A stretch of 63,985 bases of DNA, counting the filler, from Barthelona sp. PAP020 (taxonomy: Eukaryota), in assembly GCA_040182905.1 (NCBI GenBank). It is 4 parts of 4 records of this genome, joined end to end, with 100 filler letters (N's around TTAATTAATTAA, not from the genome) between each part and the next. Parts side by side here need not be neighbours in the genome. Positions count along the whole stretch, not along the records: positions 1 to 17,229 come from JARQWU010000246.1; positions 17,330 to 34,481 come from JARQWU010000248.1; 2 more parts are not named here. One strand, 5' to 3'. Below the pieces are notes generated by a model that was not told where the DNA came from, did no database searches, and saw nothing but the letters and a program-made list of their open reading frames with translations. How positions within the stretch are numbered: position 1 is the first letter of the stretch; each line of letters starts with the position of its first letter. This document shows, piece by piece, positions 9,039 through 21,251 of the stretch. Both the position numbers and the translations under genes were made by a program.

Positions 9039-10682
9039 TCAAAACAAAGTCTCATCAGGATTAAAAGGCGGAGGCAAATAAACAAAGTTTTCTATTTCAT
9101 TTCCATTGGCAACTTGCATTTGTGGTTGTTGTGGTTGATGATTTGAAAAAGCGGTTTCTTGTAACTGATTTATTCTAACATTGTAACTTTGATTATGACT
9201 CCATAAATTGAAAGCAAGAATGGAATCCGAACTGTTAAAACCATATACTTCAGTATTGGCTTCATAAATTAGACTTTTGTCAAATTCATGAGGCAAGTGA
9301 GCTTGAGGCATGTGTGAAGGTACGTCATTTGTTTGATTTTGATTGTGTATTGTGAGTGAATTGTTCTTTTTCCTGTTACAATGCCTCCAAACTATTAAAC
9401 AACATCCTACACTTAAAAATAAAGCAAAAAAAAAAATAAATTGAGGAAAATAATCAGAAAAGTCTCTCCTTACGACTGGATCAGATGGTATTAAAGGAGG
9501 AACGGGTCTTATAGTGGGCATTTGTGTGTTGTCATACTTAATTCCAATCTTAGGAGCTTTATCACTAACAATTTTCCCATAATTATCCAAAAACAATGAA
9601 AAATAAGCAGTATATCGAACCGTCACAACCATAGCAACACCAAAGCGCTCATAATTATGTGGATCATCAGAAGTGATATATTCTGAAGTGTTTTCCAATG
9701 TATATTTGAGGATTCGACCTGGATCAACATATCGCTTATATGCAATGTATGGATCAGCTTCAATATCACATAAGCTAAACCAATTATGTCCAACAGCCAG
9801 AACAGGGGATGCTGATACAAAGTTATAACGGTCTATATGGATCTGCTTTTTCAACCATAGTTTAGAATTACTTTCCTCAATGAATAGAACTGATTTGTCT
9901 CCCTCAAAGTTCTCACAAAAAACCACAAAGTATCCATCAACCCAGCTTCCAGTATTACAAGTATATGCATTGAAACCAATCAAAGAATAATCCTGGGAAA
10001 GAGAACCATTGAAAACACGGATGTTCAGCACATTGTTCAATGTATAAAACATGTAGTGGTCTTTGAAGTCAAACGCTTTGACATGAAAATCATTATTTTC
10101 ATATGTTAATATGCCAGTTTCAACATTGACACTAAAAACATAGGTACCACCATAAGAGTCACCAACAAAACCATAAATAGTATCACCAATCCAACTCAAT
10201 GCACCAAAATCAGAAGAATATTTACAATTAATTTTTATTGAATCCATATATTCACATTCTCCTTTGTCAGAGACATAATTCGTTTCAAAAAATCGTATAT
10301 ACATATCTTTAGAGTATTTCATCATTATTAAATAAGCAAATTGTTTAAATTCACTGGAAAATACCGGTTTTACACTTAAAATTTGATCAAACTCCTCATA
10401 AAATTGACAATTTATAATTGGCACTGATTTACGCATATCAATTACACCAAATCCAGCATTTGATTCATTTGAATCTGCAGTTAATCTTCTTGTGTGATAA
10501 ATCAAAAAATTTTCATCTCCAGCTAACAAAATACTTGAAGATGAAAAATTGAAATTATTGTATGAATTTGATGCTGTTTCTGTTAAAGAAACGGTATAAT
10601 CAGCTTGAAAACTTCCACAAAAACCACAAATGAGACCACATAAAAGAAATCCGAAAACTATGCAACAATTTTCATCTTTCAT
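9039..10682 (-). CDS. Hypothetical type I membrane protein
   Basis: Hydrophobic N-terminus after MKDENCC, beta-rich ectodomain, TM FIFFFALFLSVGCCLIVW, Q/P-rich tail; start codon inferred. Confidence 0.7.
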   Translation of the reverse strand: MKDENCCIVFGFLLCGLICGFCGSFQADYTVSLTETASNSYNNFNFSSSSILLAGDENFLIYHTRRLTADSNESNAGFGVIDMRKSVPIINCQFYEEFDQILSVKPVFSSEFKQFAYLIMMKYSKDMYIRFFETNYVSDKGECEYMDSIKINCKYSSDFGALSWIGDTIYGFVGDSYGGTYVFSVNVETGILTYENNDFHVKAFDFKDHYMFYTLNNVLNIRVFNGSLSQDYSLIGFNAYTCNTGSWVDGYFVVFCENFEGDKSVLFIEESNSKLWLKKQIHIDRYNFVSASPVLAVGHNWFSLCDIEADPYIAYKRYVDPGRILKYTLENTSEYITSDDPHNYERFGVAMVVTVRYTAYFSLFLDNYGKIVSDKAPKIGIKYDNTQMPTIRPVPPLIPSDPVVRRDFSDYFPQFIFFFALFLSVGCCLIVWRHCNRKKNNSLTIHNQNQTNDVPSHMPQAHLPHEFDKSLIYEANTEVYGFNSSDSILAFNLWSHNQSYNVRINQLQETAFSNHQPQQPQMQVANGNEIENFVYLPPPFNPDETLF

Positions 10683-11127
10683 TTGTTTAGAAAACAAACC
10701 AAAAAATTGGTTTTCCGATTTCCTGAAAACAACTAAATCACAATCATTTTTTATATTAAAGATAATTCTGTAAGTTAAATGTATTTTTATCAAGAATAAC
10801 ATGGCTAAATGACTTAATTTAAAAAAGAAATTATTCATGTTCAAAAGTCATTTGGTGATAATTGACTGTTATTTTCAAGATATAAACATTAAATATTGAT
10901 AAAAGTGATTTTAAAAGTGAAGAAATGAGTCACTTTGATGATCTCATTTTTCACCAAAAGGACACATTTAAGAACTTGATAATAAAGTAATTTGAGAAAA
11001 TTATAATATTAAAGGGTTGTGGATGAATATTTGTCAATCAAAAAACAATTTATGAACAAAAAAGAAAGAAATTTACAAAATACAAAAAGAAACCAATGAA
11101 ATTATAAAAATATAAAGGGTTTCAATT

Positions 11128-11757
11128 CTATACCACATCATTTTCAACACAATACGAAATATATGCCCTAAATTCATCGAAAGTAAAAATCAAATCACTG
11201 TGTTGTGACTCAAACAGTGAATTCAAAATGTTTTCCAGAAATTTAAATTTTTTTTCATTTATTTTAAAAGCAGATAGAATCTTGCTGATTAATTTTACAA
11301 TTTCTTTATGTTTTTTCCCAACTTCATCATTATTATCAGGATGTAAGACAAAAAAACCATTATTATTATAATCTAAAGCATAAAACAATAATATAAGTGG
11401 ACTTGAACTGAATTCATCAATCCAATCCTTCAACAATATTTTTATATCAAATTCAATCCCCATAATTTCATTAATTTGATGATACAGTAAAAAAAATAAA
11501 CAAAATAAAATCAAGTTACGGTATTCCGATGCCACCAATTCATTTTGTTCTTTGAATAAATGGACTAATTTATCAACCATTAGATCATGAATGTAATCGT
11601 CAAAAAATTCATCGATTTCACTTGGTTTCATCCGTGTGAAACTGAATTCTTGGTGTTTTCGAGCAACATCAATAATAAAATCCAGTTTTGGTACAATTTC
11701 AGAATATCGACAGTCATACACATTAAAAAAAGAGATTTTCGAGTTTGAACATCCCAT
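11128..11757 (-). CDS. N-acylated degenerate EF-hand protein (calcineurin B/recoverin-like)
   Basis: MGCSNSK myristoylation/palmitoylation motif; EF-hand-like LFYALDYNNNGF and SDLIFTFDEFRAY. Confidence 0.55.
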   Translation of the reverse strand: MGCSNSKISFFNVYDCRYSEIVPKLDFIIDVARKHQEFSFTRMKPSEIDEFFDDYIHDLMVDKLVHLFKEQNELVASEYRNLILFCLFFLLYHQINEIMGIEFDIKILLKDWIDEFSSSPLILLFYALDYNNNGFFVLHPDNNDEVGKKHKEIVKLISKILSAFKINEKKFKFLENILNSLFESQHSDLIFTFDEFRAYISYCVENDVV

Positions 11758-11846
11758 TCAAGAGCGAAATCTTTGAAAATTTCTATGAAAAAAAGAATTG
11801 ATTTATTTTTAAGACAAGTTTTTGAAAACACCTCAAAACATCGTTA

Positions 11847-13919
11847 ATGCAAAATTTTTTAGTTGGAGATTTTTCAAACTCAAAAAAGAAATCAAAAGAC
11901 AAGTCGAACAAAAAAAAGCAACAGAAAATTGAAAAAAAAACAGACTTAAAGATAGAAAATGATTCTAACACTTTAAAAAAAGCTCCTATATTGGAAGAAT
12001 CGAAATTGTCAAAAAAGAATTCTTTAAAATTTGAAGTTTTAGCCGAATTAATGGAAAGATTGTCCAACAAGTCAGAAAGACTTTATAAAATAGATCAAAT
12101 TGCCGAATATTTAGAAATGGTTATTGAAAATCATACTGAAGCGTTTATTCCCTCTATGTATTTATTGGTTGGAAAACTATCTGCTGCTTTTGAGGGAATT
12201 GAAACTAATATTGGAAATGCTCTTATCATTAAGGCACTTGCTCAAGCAACAGGTAAAGCAGAAAAAGATATTCGTAATAAGCTAAAATCTACGGATTTAG
12301 GACAATTAGCCTTTAATACACGTAGACAAACCACTATTTCGTCGATGTTTGGTATGCAATTGGATGAATTAACAGTAGTTGAAGTTTTCTCAAAGTTAAA
12401 AGATGTTGCAATGACAGAAGGTCAAAATTCACAATCGATTCGTCTTGGTATTATTTCTCAGATGCTAAAAAGAGCCAGTAATGTGGAATCAAAGTTTATT
12501 GTTAGATTTTTGGTTGGTAAAATGCGTTTGGGAGTTCAAGTGGCAACCATTTTAAATGCAGTGGCAAATATTATTCAATGTGAATATAATACGCTGTCTG
12601 TGTGTTATCATTTAAATCCTTCATTACAAGAATTTGGAACAATGGTTCTTGAAAACTGGGATAATTTATCTGATGAATTTATTAGGGAGAATTATGGAAT
12701 TAAAATTGGGCAACCACTTGAGTTGATGGCCGCTGAACCAACAAAAGATGTGATGGAAATGTGGGAAAGATTTGGCGAGAAGCTTGTTGCTTGCGAATGG
12801 AAGTATGACGGTGAAAGGGCACAAATTCATTTTTGGCGTGAAAAAGGAGTGCCAAACATTCAAGTTTATTCAAGACATTTGGAAAAAACCACTCAACGTT
12901 TTCCCGATATTGTTGCAAGAATTGGGGAAGAGGTTCCTAATTCAATTGAATCCTTCATTGTAGATTGCGAAGTGGTTGCTTTTGATCAAAATGGATGTGT
13001 TCGTCCGTTTCAAGATCTTCAATCTCGTGGACGAAAGCATGTTAAGATGGATGACATCGAATTTCCTATCAAATTATATGTGTTTGATCTTATTTTTTAC
13101 AATGGAAAATCAATGACCAATGAGGAGTTCCAAACACGTCGTACTTCGTTGAGACAAATATTAGCTGAAATTTGTGACTTTACTGCTAAAAAACCAACTG
13201 AAATCATAATGCAGCCTGCTGATGGTCATGACTGTGATGCATTGGATCAAATTAGTGAATTGTTTATCAAGGCAAAAGATGTTGGAATGGAAGGTCTAAT
13301 GATAAAGAATTTGGCTTCTAAATATGAAAGCAAACGTTCTTTCGAATGGAGAAAACTAAAAAAAGACTATGATACAAATCTTGCAGATACGTTGGATGTT
13401 GTTCCTATCGCTGGAGTATGGGGAACTGGTGGCCGTTTGAATGTGTTTGGTGCATATATTGTTGCTGTGTATGATCCTGCACATGATGTTTTCGTGTCGC
13501 TTACCAAAACTGGAACTGGATTTTCTGATGAATTCTTGATGGAGCAGTTTAAATTGTATGAGGAAAACATGGTGGAATCAAAACCATACAATTACATTCA
13601 CGACGTTGCAACAAAGGACACTGGAAATATTGTTTGGTTGGAACCTATACAAGTTTGGGAGGTTAAAGCGGCAGATTTCACTCTTTCACCCACATATAAA
13701 TGTAAGTTTGGAGCTTTACAACCAAACAAGGGTATATCTGTGAGGTTCAATAGATTTGAAAGGAAGAGACCTGATAAACAACCTCAAAATGCAACAACCG
13801 TTGATCAGGTATTAAACATGTATAATGACCAGCCACAGATAAAATTACTGAATCAAAATAATGCAAATAAGGCAAATAACGAAGCAGAGTATGATGAAGA
13901 TGAAGATGACATGTTATAA
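11847..13919 (+). CDS. LIG1: DNA ligase I (ATP-dependent)
   Basis: [13 protein letters not shown] adenylation motif, [37 protein letters not shown]. Confidence 0.95.
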   Translation: MQNFLVGDFSNSKKKSKDKSNKKKQQKIEKKTDLKIENDSNTLKKAPILEESKLSKKNSLKFEVLAELMERLSNKSERLYKIDQIAEYLEMVIENHTEAFIPSMYLLVGKLSAAFEGIETNIGNALIIKALAQATGKAEKDIRNKLKSTDLGQLAFNTRRQTTISSMFGMQLDELTVVEVFSKLKDVAMTEGQNSQSIRLGIISQMLKRASNVESKFIVRFLVGKMRLGVQVATILNAVANIIQCEYNTLSVCYHLNPSLQEFGTMVLENWDNLSDEFIRENYGIKIGQPLELMAAEPTKDVMEMWERFGEKLVACEWKYDGERAQIHFWREKGVPNIQVYSRHLEKTTQRFPDIVARIGEEVPNSIESFIVDCEVVAFDQNGCVRPFQDLQSRGRKHVKMDDIEFPIKLYVFDLIFYNGKSMTNEEFQTRRTSLRQILAEICDFTAKKPTEIIMQPADGHDCDALDQISELFIKAKDVGMEGLMIKNLASKYESKRSFEWRKLKKDYDTNLADTLDVVPIAGVWGTGGRLNVFGAYIVAVYDPAHDVFVSLTKTGTGFSDEFLMEQFKLYEENMVESKPYNYIHDVATKDTGNIVWLEPIQVWEVKAADFTLSPTYKCKFGALQPNKGISVRFNRFERKRPDKQPQNATTVDQVLNMYNDQPQIKLLNQNNANKANNEAEYDEDEDDML

Positions 13920-13956
13920 ACAAATAGAGAATTTTTTTTTTAATAGAAAAACTCTA

Positions 13957-15231
13957 ATGTCGGATGATGGTGTATTATTTAGAGGTGAAGCGGAGAATAT
14001 GATTGCTAAATTAGTGAAATTTCCTCTAAATAAGATTGGAAGCAAGAAATGGATGGTGCAACAACAATCAATCAATAAACTAAATTTGCAAGCCCACCAA
14101 AATGCAATGAATAAAACCAACGAATTTATACCAGATTTGTTTGTTGAATTAGATAAAGTAAATGTGTTAATTCATGAATTGATTGTGATTAATACATGGA
14201 AACAAAATGTTTTGCCATTGTTAATAAAAGATTTGGATCAATCTATAGCGATGCAATTGTATTTTGTGATGTATCATGAAGGTACAATAATCAATCTTTT
14301 AGAGATTTTGTTCTATCATTCTGAGATCTTTGAGTGTTGTTCCGAATATATAGTGGATCTTTTTGATTATTTATACACACAATTATCAAATCTTTCGATG
14401 ATTGATCCTGATAGGTTTCTTGATTTGGAAAATTCAAACATTATTGTTGTTCAAGAAAGAAATATTCGCTTTCAATTAATGGTTTCGTGCATCTCTTTGG
14501 TGTATTATTTGTGTCAAAATGTCAGTTTGTTGCCTCCAAGTGCTGCCTCCAGTTTGGTTGATTCATTTGATTTTCTTTTGTTATATAAACGCTTGATTGA
14601 TGAAAAACCATGGATGAGAAAGAAAAAAGGATCAACCAAGTTTGAAATATTTGATGCAGGAAATTGGATAGATTGGGATTTAAACAACCTTACAAGAGCT
14701 GAGGCTACATGCTGGATGGTTGTTCATTCGATTCTTAGTGATCCTAATCTGGTTCAAAAATATAAATGGACTGTGGGAAAAAAAGAATCTTTATTGATGT
14801 TGAGATCGAAATTGAATGAGGCTTTTATTGACAAGTTGCCACCATTACAGGATGTTCGTCAGTTTTTAGACCAGTTATCAATCACTAATTTGCCTTCAAA
14901 TGATACTTCATCATCGCTCATCATTATGGAAGAGGCAGAATTGAAACAAAAGATTGAATATAATGTAGATTGGAGTGATATGAAGGTTATATTTATCAAC
15001 AATTTGAAGGATTCCAATAATAATGATTATCTAAAGGATGTGATTGATTTATATTCCAAAGAGGCTGTGATTGACACACTAAGTAATCCCAAATGTTCAA
15101 ATTGTGGTCAATCTGCTTCAATGCGTTGTGCCAGATGCAAATCTGTTTGGTATTGTTCAAGAGAATGTCAATTGGAAGATTGGCCTAAACACAAGAAAGT
15201 TTGTAAAAAACTCAGTAAGACGAAGAAATAA
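13957..15231 (+). CDS. ZMYND10: Zinc finger MYND protein 10 (dynein arm assembly factor)
   Basis: [32 protein letters not shown]-terminal MYND CSNCG...RCARCK...[18 protein letters not shown]; start at MSDDGV. Confidence 0.9.
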   Translation: MSDDGVLFRGEAENMIAKLVKFPLNKIGSKKWMVQQQSINKLNLQAHQNAMNKTNEFIPDLFVELDKVNVLIHELIVINTWKQNVLPLLIKDLDQSIAMQLYFVMYHEGTIINLLEILFYHSEIFECCSEYIVDLFDYLYTQLSNLSMIDPDRFLDLENSNIIVVQERNIRFQLMVSCISLVYYLCQNVSLLPPSAASSLVDSFDFLLLYKRLIDEKPWMRKKKGSTKFEIFDAGNWIDWDLNNLTRAEATCWMVVHSILSDPNLVQKYKWTVGKKESLLMLRSKLNEAFIDKLPPLQDVRQFLDQLSITNLPSNDTSSSLIIMEEAELKQKIEYNVDWSDMKVIFINNLKDSNNNDYLKDVIDLYSKEAVIDTLSNPKCSNCGQSASMRCARCKSVWYCSRECQLEDWPKHKKVCKKLSKTKK

Positions 15232-15310
15232 AAATGGGTATATATTTATCGTTTGTTTTTACTTTTACTAGAAATCAAAAATCTCCCGTGACTAGCAAAT
15301 AATGCACTTG

Positions 15311-16462
15311 TTACTGCATGTTACTTTTGTTTGAAGGAGGTCTTGTCTTGCACTCATCATACAAAACAACAAAATCCCCCAAAACATCGCTATTAATACC
15401 TTCAGGTCCTTTTAATGGATGAGCCCGGGGAATCTCATCATCAACAACAATATTGATCAGATCGTTAATCAATGAATACTTAAGAACACGATCAGCCTCA
15501 GTGGTTCCTGAAAGCGAAGGACTAGCGTTCACCTCAATTAACCAGGGCTTGAGTGTATCATCAATTAAAATGTCGTATCCATATAATTCAAAACAATGAC
15601 GGTCACTAATCATGACCGATTGAACAGATTTTAACGATTGAATGATTATTTGGTCAATTTGAGCAAAACATTGTTCTGCTGCCTCATATCCATAGATAGA
15701 ATGAATATAAAGCATTAGATTACTAATTGACCACTTTGAACCATTCGAAGAATTGTAATTATCTGCATTCTTCTGAATAGCTATATTTGTTAAGTGCATT
15801 GTCATATTTTCTAGATTGGACATATCTTGACTATAATTTTCTGTACAAAATCGACAAAACCCTTCAGTATATTTATATGCTCGTAAAGGACGATGACTTG
15901 TTACAAGAACATACATTCTCATATCAAATTTTTTTCCCCCAATAATAAGCGGGTTATTTATATATCTCGAAACAATATACATTGTTCGAGCATTCAAATG
16001 TTTTTGTGACCATTTTCTGATGCCATTCAATGAAGACACAATATAAATACCCGTTCCTTGAGCTCGACCTGGAGGTTTGACAATCCAAAGGCTATTTGGA
16101 TTCTTACGAAATGCATCTTCAAATATTGCATATTCTGCTGGCAAATTATACGTAGCAGGCACAAAATCAAGAAATTGATTTGAAGAATTTTGTTGATTCT
16201 TTTCCACTTCTCTCTTATATCTTTTTATATTTTTAACCATCAAATCTTTTCTTGTCAATTCATAATGATTAGGAAAATGATTTAAAACTTGATTTTCTTG
16301 TAAACGAAATCGGCTATCAGGATTAAATAACAACTTTGCATTATGTACATTCGCCCAATAAAAATTCCAATCATCTCCGTGTGTAGGCGTCCATTTTCTT
16401 TGATTAAAATTTGTTATTAAACAATTTTTTTGTAAATCTGTTTTAAAAAGAACAGAGGGCAT
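15311..16462 (-). CDS. TTLL1: Tubulin polyglutamylase TTLL1
   Basis: NHFPNHYELTRKDLMVKNIKRY, KKFDMRMYVLVTS, HLTNIAIQK, CFELYGYDILID, PWLIEVNASPS. Confidence 0.88.
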   Translation of the reverse strand: MPSVLFKTDLQKNCLITNFNQRKWTPTHGDDWNFYWANVHNAKLLFNPDSRFRLQENQVLNHFPNHYELTRKDLMVKNIKRYKREVEKNQQNSSNQFLDFVPATYNLPAEYAIFEDAFRKNPNSLWIVKPPGRAQGTGIYIVSSLNGIRKWSQKHLNARTMYIVSRYINNPLIIGGKKFDMRMYVLVTSHRPLRAYKYTEGFCRFCTENYSQDMSNLENMTMHLTNIAIQKNADNYNSSNGSKWSISNLMLYIHSIYGYEAAEQCFAQIDQIIIQSLKSVQSVMISDRHCFELYGYDILIDDTLKPWLIEVNASPSLSGTTEADRVLKYSLINDLINIVVDDEIPRAHPLKGPEGINSDVLGDFVVLYDECKTRPPSNKSNMQ

Positions 16463-16800
16463 TAACCATTAAAAATAAAAAATATCTATTCACTTTTTTT
16501 CCTTAAAAACTTTATTTTTCTTTGGAAGTGTGAATTTTTGAAACATTGAGACTGAAGAACAACCAGATTAATCAAAAAAAAGTAAAGAAAATGTTAGTAA
16601 ACAATCAATCATTTTACAAAAGATAAATAGCAGGAAAAGGATTTGAAAATTATCGAAATGTAACACAAATAAGTAAAATAAAATCAAAAATAAATGGAGA
16701 TTCTACAAATAGACAAAGAATCAATCTTTTTTTTTTCTACCACAGCAAGTAGAATACGTTAAAAACTTGAAAATTCCATAATTTATCGATTTCTTTGTTA

Positions 16801-17229
16801 ATGAAAATTAAAAAAAACAATGATGCAAGTTTTTCCGAGTCAAATGTTATAGATAAGACCGAAAGTGAGAATGTTGGTTGTTTTGGCCAAAAGAAAAAAT
16901 TATTATCCCGAACGATTTTTATGAATGATCATGTTCAACCTGAAGAATGTGGTAATGTTACAAATGAAGTGAAAAATACCCAATACACACCTTTTACTTT
17001 TCTTCCTTTGACTCTTTATAATCAATTTAAATATTTTTTCAATTTATATTTCTTGTTATTGGCCTTATCTCAATTTGTACCTGTTTTACAAGTTGGTTTC
17101 TTAACCACCTATTTAGCACCATTGATTTTAATTCTTATGATCTCTTTAAGTAAAGAAGCATATGATGATATTCAGCGTTATCGGAGAGATAATGTTGAGA
17201 ACAATAAATTATACCAAAAGGTAACTCCT
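16801..17229 (+). CDS. P4-type ATPase (ATP9/Neo1-like flippase), 5' fragment cut by assembly gap
   Basis: NTQYTPFTFLPLTLYNQFKYFFNLYFLLLALSQFVP...KEAYDDIQRYRRD; runs into N block. Confidence 0.85.
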
Positions 17230-17329
17230 NNNNNNNNNNNNNNNNNNNNNNNNNNNNNNNNNNNNNNNNNNNNTTAATTAATTAANNNNNNNNNNNNNNN
17301 NNNNNNNNNNNNNNNNNNNNNNNNNNNNN
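17230..17329. other. Artificial contig linker (N44-TTAATTAATTAA-N44)
   Basis: Exactly 100 bp with a six-frame stop 12-mer; identical at three places. Confidence 0.97.
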
Positions 17330-17414
17330 TTTTTTTTTTTTTTTTTTTTTTTTTTATAAGAGTATTTTTGAAAAAAAAAAAAAAAAAAAATAATAATAAA
17401 GAAACATTTCATAT

Positions 17415-17819
17415 TTACAAAACAGAAGTATAAAGTTGTGTTTTAAATTCTTTATATGACAATGTAATGTGGTTACCCATAAAATCTTCAAGATGAATTC
17501 CTAAAAATTGACAAAGACTCCAAACATCTTTATTTAATAACTTATCATCATTATCAGAATCAAGCATTTTAAATAATTCTTCCAATGTATCTTCAAAAGA
17601 ATTATTTCCTTCAAAAGAGCAAATGTCTTCAAATTGCTGATAATCAATTGAACATTTGAATTTAAAGCTCGTAAAATAAGGCAACAGATCATCTGTTGTC
17701 AATATACCATCAGAAGATCTGCAGTCTATTTGATTAAACATTTTTTTAACAATGCAATTATCTTCTTCATTTTCATTCAATTGATTTTTTGAGCCAATTT
17801 TTTCAATACTTTGTGACAT
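17415..17819 (-). CDS. Small EF-hand protein
   Basis: MFNQIDCRSSDGILTTDDL and LFKMLDSDNDDKLLNKDV EF-hand-like loops; start at MSQSIEK. Confidence 0.7.
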   Translation of the reverse strand: MSQSIEKIGSKNQLNENEEDNCIVKKMFNQIDCRSSDGILTTDDLLPYFTSFKFKCSIDYQQFEDICSFEGNNSFEDTLEELFKMLDSDNDDKLLNKDVWSLCQFLGIHLEDFMGNHITLSYKEFKTQLYTSVL

Positions 17820-18139
17820 ACGTCGTAAGATTCTTACATGAGAGAAAAGAAAAAATGAAACAAGAAATTCTCCTAGTGATTTGGTTGGACTTTCCAAAAT
17901 TATTCTTCAGTTTGAAAATACTTTAAATGGTTTTCTTTATTTATTGTCTGTATTAAATTCACAAAATTTTGTTTTTTTTTTGTTGTGTTTTCAGTCCTTT
18001 TTGAAAAAACATTGTCAAAACAGTTACTGTTTATTTTTCTCCTTTGAATATGATTGATTGAAAAAAAATAAAACAAAAAGAGAAAAAAAAATAATTTATA
18101 CAAACTGCATTTTTCAAAAGAAGCGAAATCCAATCAAAC

Positions 18140-19795
18140 TTATGAATTTTGTAATTTTATAGCCAAAGTGTTATATTTACCTTTTAGTTCTTTAATTCTA
18201 TTCTTTAATTGAATATTTTCGTCTTGCAAAATGATATTTTTTTGTGACAGATCAGAAATATCACCACCAACTAATTTCTTTAATGTTTCTCTTTGTGATA
18301 ATATTTGTTGGTCATTTTGCATCATATTTTTTTCGAATTCTTCTTGCAATTCATTAAAATCGTTTTCTAATTTTTTGATTGTCATTTCAAATCTCATGAT
18401 TTCTTTTCTTTGTAAGGTGCTTTGAATTGGTGTTACATCAATATTTTTTTCCTTCAAAATGTTTTCTAAATATTGTATTTCATTGGAATATTTGTTGTTT
18501 AAATGCTCAAACTTTTGTAAACGTTTTATTAAACTTTGGTTTTCGTGTGTCAATATGAAATTATTTGTGATCAACTCACTTTTAGTGCTGGTTAAGAAAT
18601 CAATCTCATTTTCCAAATTATTTAAATACATTTGAACATTGTGATCATTGATGTTATTTGATTCAACATATACTTTGTTTTTACTTCTCAATTGATCATT
18701 TAACTTCTCAAGTTCTTTAATTCTTTTAATGAATTCTTTACTATCGATCTGTTCAGCTGTCACATCAAAAATAATATCATTTTGCTTCAAATAACTCCTT
18801 AATTTATCAATGTAAACACTATCATTTCTTGTCTTTTTTGCTACAACCTTTAATTTTTTCTTTAATTCATTAATTTCTCTTTCCATGACTGTATTTCTTG
18901 CTTCAACAGCATTCAACGTATTCTTTTGATTTTTTAAAATCTCTTTATATTGTTGTTCTTTTTCAAGTAATTCAGCTATTTGTAAAGCATGATTTTTCTC
19001 TTGTTTTTTGATATTTATCATTGCATTATCTTCATCCGATCTGTCTCCTACTCTCAATTCCAATTCTTTGACTTTTCTTTTTAACAGACTGATCTTTTCC
19101 GCTCTACCCTTAAATCCTTCCGGGTCTTCCAAGTATTTATCTAAATCAACATTATTTCCAATTTCAACAGACAATATCTTTCGCATTTTCTTTATCTCTA
19201 ATTTCAATTTATCAATAATAACCGTGTGTTGTCCTTGTCGTTGTAACATGGTATCCATATCTTTTTTTAATTTTCCAGTGTCTTGTTTCATATTCGGAGA
19301 TTCATTTTCATTTTCAATATTAGTGTGCGATTGAACCACAGCCAATAATTCATTAACTTGATGTTTTAGTTCAGCATTTATTCTTCGCTCTTTTCCTAAT
19401 TCAACAGATAACGCTTTGTTTCTTTTGGTCAAATTTTTTATTACTTGACTTTCATTTGTATTGTCATTTGGATTCAACATCCTGCCTTTTAACATTTCAA
19501 TTTCTTCTTTTTGAGCATTGATTGTATCAATTAATGAATGTTGCTGCAAAATGTTCTTTTGGGTGGATTGTATTTCATTCATATCCCACTTAAATGATGT
19601 AGTATTAATCATTTGATTTGTAATCGTGTTATTAGAGCTTGATGGTGAATATGAATTATTAATTGAATTTGAATTATTGAAAGTTGTATTTGGTTTGGAA
19701 TCAAATTCTGGATCGTAATATTCTGGTGGAGGATCATTATAATCATCATCACTAGAATCGTCGTTGAATCTAGTGTTTGGTAATCGATAGGACAT
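18140..19795 (-). CDS. Coiled-coil protein, CCDC13-like
   Basis: Long coiled coil with IKNLTKRNKAL, GFKGRAEKISLLKRKV, KKTRNDSVYIDKL resembling CCDC13 blocks. Confidence 0.65.
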   Translation of the reverse strand: MSYRLPNTRFNDDSSDDDYNDPPPEYYDPEFDSKPNTTFNNSNSINNSYSPSSSNNTITNQMINTTSFKWDMNEIQSTQKNILQQHSLIDTINAQKEEIEMLKGRMLNPNDNTNESQVIKNLTKRNKALSVELGKERRINAELKHQVNELLAVVQSHTNIENENESPNMKQDTGKLKKDMDTMLQRQGQHTVIIDKLKLEIKKMRKILSVEIGNNVDLDKYLEDPEGFKGRAEKISLLKRKVKELELRVGDRSDEDNAMINIKKQEKNHALQIAELLEKEQQYKEILKNQKNTLNAVEARNTVMEREINELKKKLKVVAKKTRNDSVYIDKLRSYLKQNDIIFDVTAEQIDSKEFIKRIKELEKLNDQLRSKNKVYVESNNINDHNVQMYLNNLENEIDFLTSTKSELITNNFILTHENQSLIKRLQKFEHLNNKYSNEIQYLENILKEKNIDVTPIQSTLQRKEIMRFEMTIKKLENDFNELQEEFEKNMMQNDQQILSQRETLKKLVGGDISDLSQKNIILQDENIQLKNRIKELKGKYNTLAIKLQNS

Positions 19796-19859
19796 AAAAA
19801 TTATAAGAAATTAAACTCACTTTTTTTTTGTTTGTCATTTTCAAATACAGTTTTTGAAA

Positions 19860-21086
19860 ATGAATTTTTTATATTTTGTTGTTGCTTTTTGTATTATTTC
19901 GTTGGTTCAATGTGAAGTGATACAAATTAACAAGAAAAATTCTAATTTATTAACCGAATCACCATGTATCGTTATGTTTGGTGCTTCTTATTGTGTTCAT
20001 TGTAAGAAATTTAAGCCAAATTTTATGAAAATAGACGAAAAATTGAAGGGTTCCACAATAATTCCCTATTATGTTGATATTGAAAAAAATAAGGATATTA
20101 GGGCCAAATATTCAGTAAAAAGATTTCCAACTATTATGTTTATTAACAAAACAGAATATTTTCCTTATGAACAAGCAAGAAATATTGATTCTATCGCTAC
20201 TTTTTGTAGAAATTTGGAAAACATTAATATTGATGAGCATAAAGAGGAAAAAATTATTGTTAGATCAAAGACTGAATTTGTTTTATGCAATCGTGATCCA
20301 AATGTTGAAGCTGAAGTTAAAAAGGTTGCTCGCAGATATCATCAGCATTTGTTTTTCACACAAAATACTGATAAAGATTGTAAATCTGATGAAATTACTG
20401 TGATTAGAAAAGACACAACATTCTCAAAGAAAATTGACTTTGAAACTTTGTTGAAAGATTGGAAAAAGTTTGAATCGTTCTTCACTTTGGAAATGTTTCC
20501 TTTGATCACAGAATTATCTCCATCAACCTTTAAACCACTTGCGGCATTGAATAGGAAGATTGTAATATTTATTATTGATGAAACATTTGATAAGTTTAAA
20601 GAAAAGTTTGAAACTTTTGAAGCACAAATGAATGAATATTCTTCATTGTTTACCTTTACCTTTTTAGTTGGTCCTATGCAGAAACATTATATCAGTAATT
20701 TTTATCTAACTTTGGAAGATTTGCCTGCAACTGTTGTTCTTGATGTAAGTAACAATGCTTTTTGGAAATTTTCAGGCATTGAGATTGATTCTTTATCAGG
20801 TATTTTGTCAGGAGAGATTAAACCATTTAAGAGTGATGGAAATACTTCATTTGATAAAATTTTGACAAATATAAGGCGTTTGGCAATGGAAGAACCCCTG
20901 AAATTTTTCCTATTTTTCATAATTTTCAGTGTTTGTTTGGTTTTTATCATACTAATCTTGTCTTGTTCTTCCATAAAGAAGATCAAAGAACAACCCATTA
21001 AACCAGCACCTGTCGTTGAGGAGGAGTTAGTCATGTTAGATGATGAAAAATCGAACGATGATGCAGATGCTGAAGAAATTGAATAA
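19860..21086 (+). CDS. Membrane-anchored protein disulfide isomerase family member (TMX3-like)
   Basis: Signal peptide, thioredoxin fold with YCVHCK, FPTI cis-Pro motif, non-catalytic b domains, C-terminal TM. Confidence 0.85.
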   Translation: MNFLYFVVAFCIISLVQCEVIQINKKNSNLLTESPCIVMFGASYCVHCKKFKPNFMKIDEKLKGSTIIPYYVDIEKNKDIRAKYSVKRFPTIMFINKTEYFPYEQARNIDSIATFCRNLENINIDEHKEEKIIVRSKTEFVLCNRDPNVEAEVKKVARRYHQHLFFTQNTDKDCKSDEITVIRKDTTFSKKIDFETLLKDWKKFESFFTLEMFPLITELSPSTFKPLAALNRKIVIFIIDETFDKFKEKFETFEAQMNEYSSLFTFTFLVGPMQKHYISNFYLTLEDLPATVVLDVSNNAFWKFSGIEIDSLSGILSGEIKPFKSDGNTSFDKILTNIRRLAMEEPLKFFLFFIIFSVCLVFIILILSCSSIKKIKEQPIKPAPVVEEELVMLDDEKSNDDADAEEIE

Positions 21087-21251
21087 ATTGACTTTATCTT
21101 TTTTAATTCTCACTCACACTTTGAAAATTCAAAAAATAAAAATAAAAACAAAAATGAAAACAAATTATATGTACATTTACTTAAATTCTTGAATAAATGA
21201 TCAAGATTGAACATCAATATCTGTGTTCAATCCTAATTAACAGGTAAAAAA

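Noticed and set aside
13861..13956. Overlap of ZMYND10 ORF with LIG1 3' end
   Set aside because: Homology starts at ATG 13957, so the overlap is not needed
17230..17329. TTAATTAATTAA palindrome inside N runs as a biological element
   Set aside because: Identical 100-bp construct at three sites with stops in all six frames; an assembly linker
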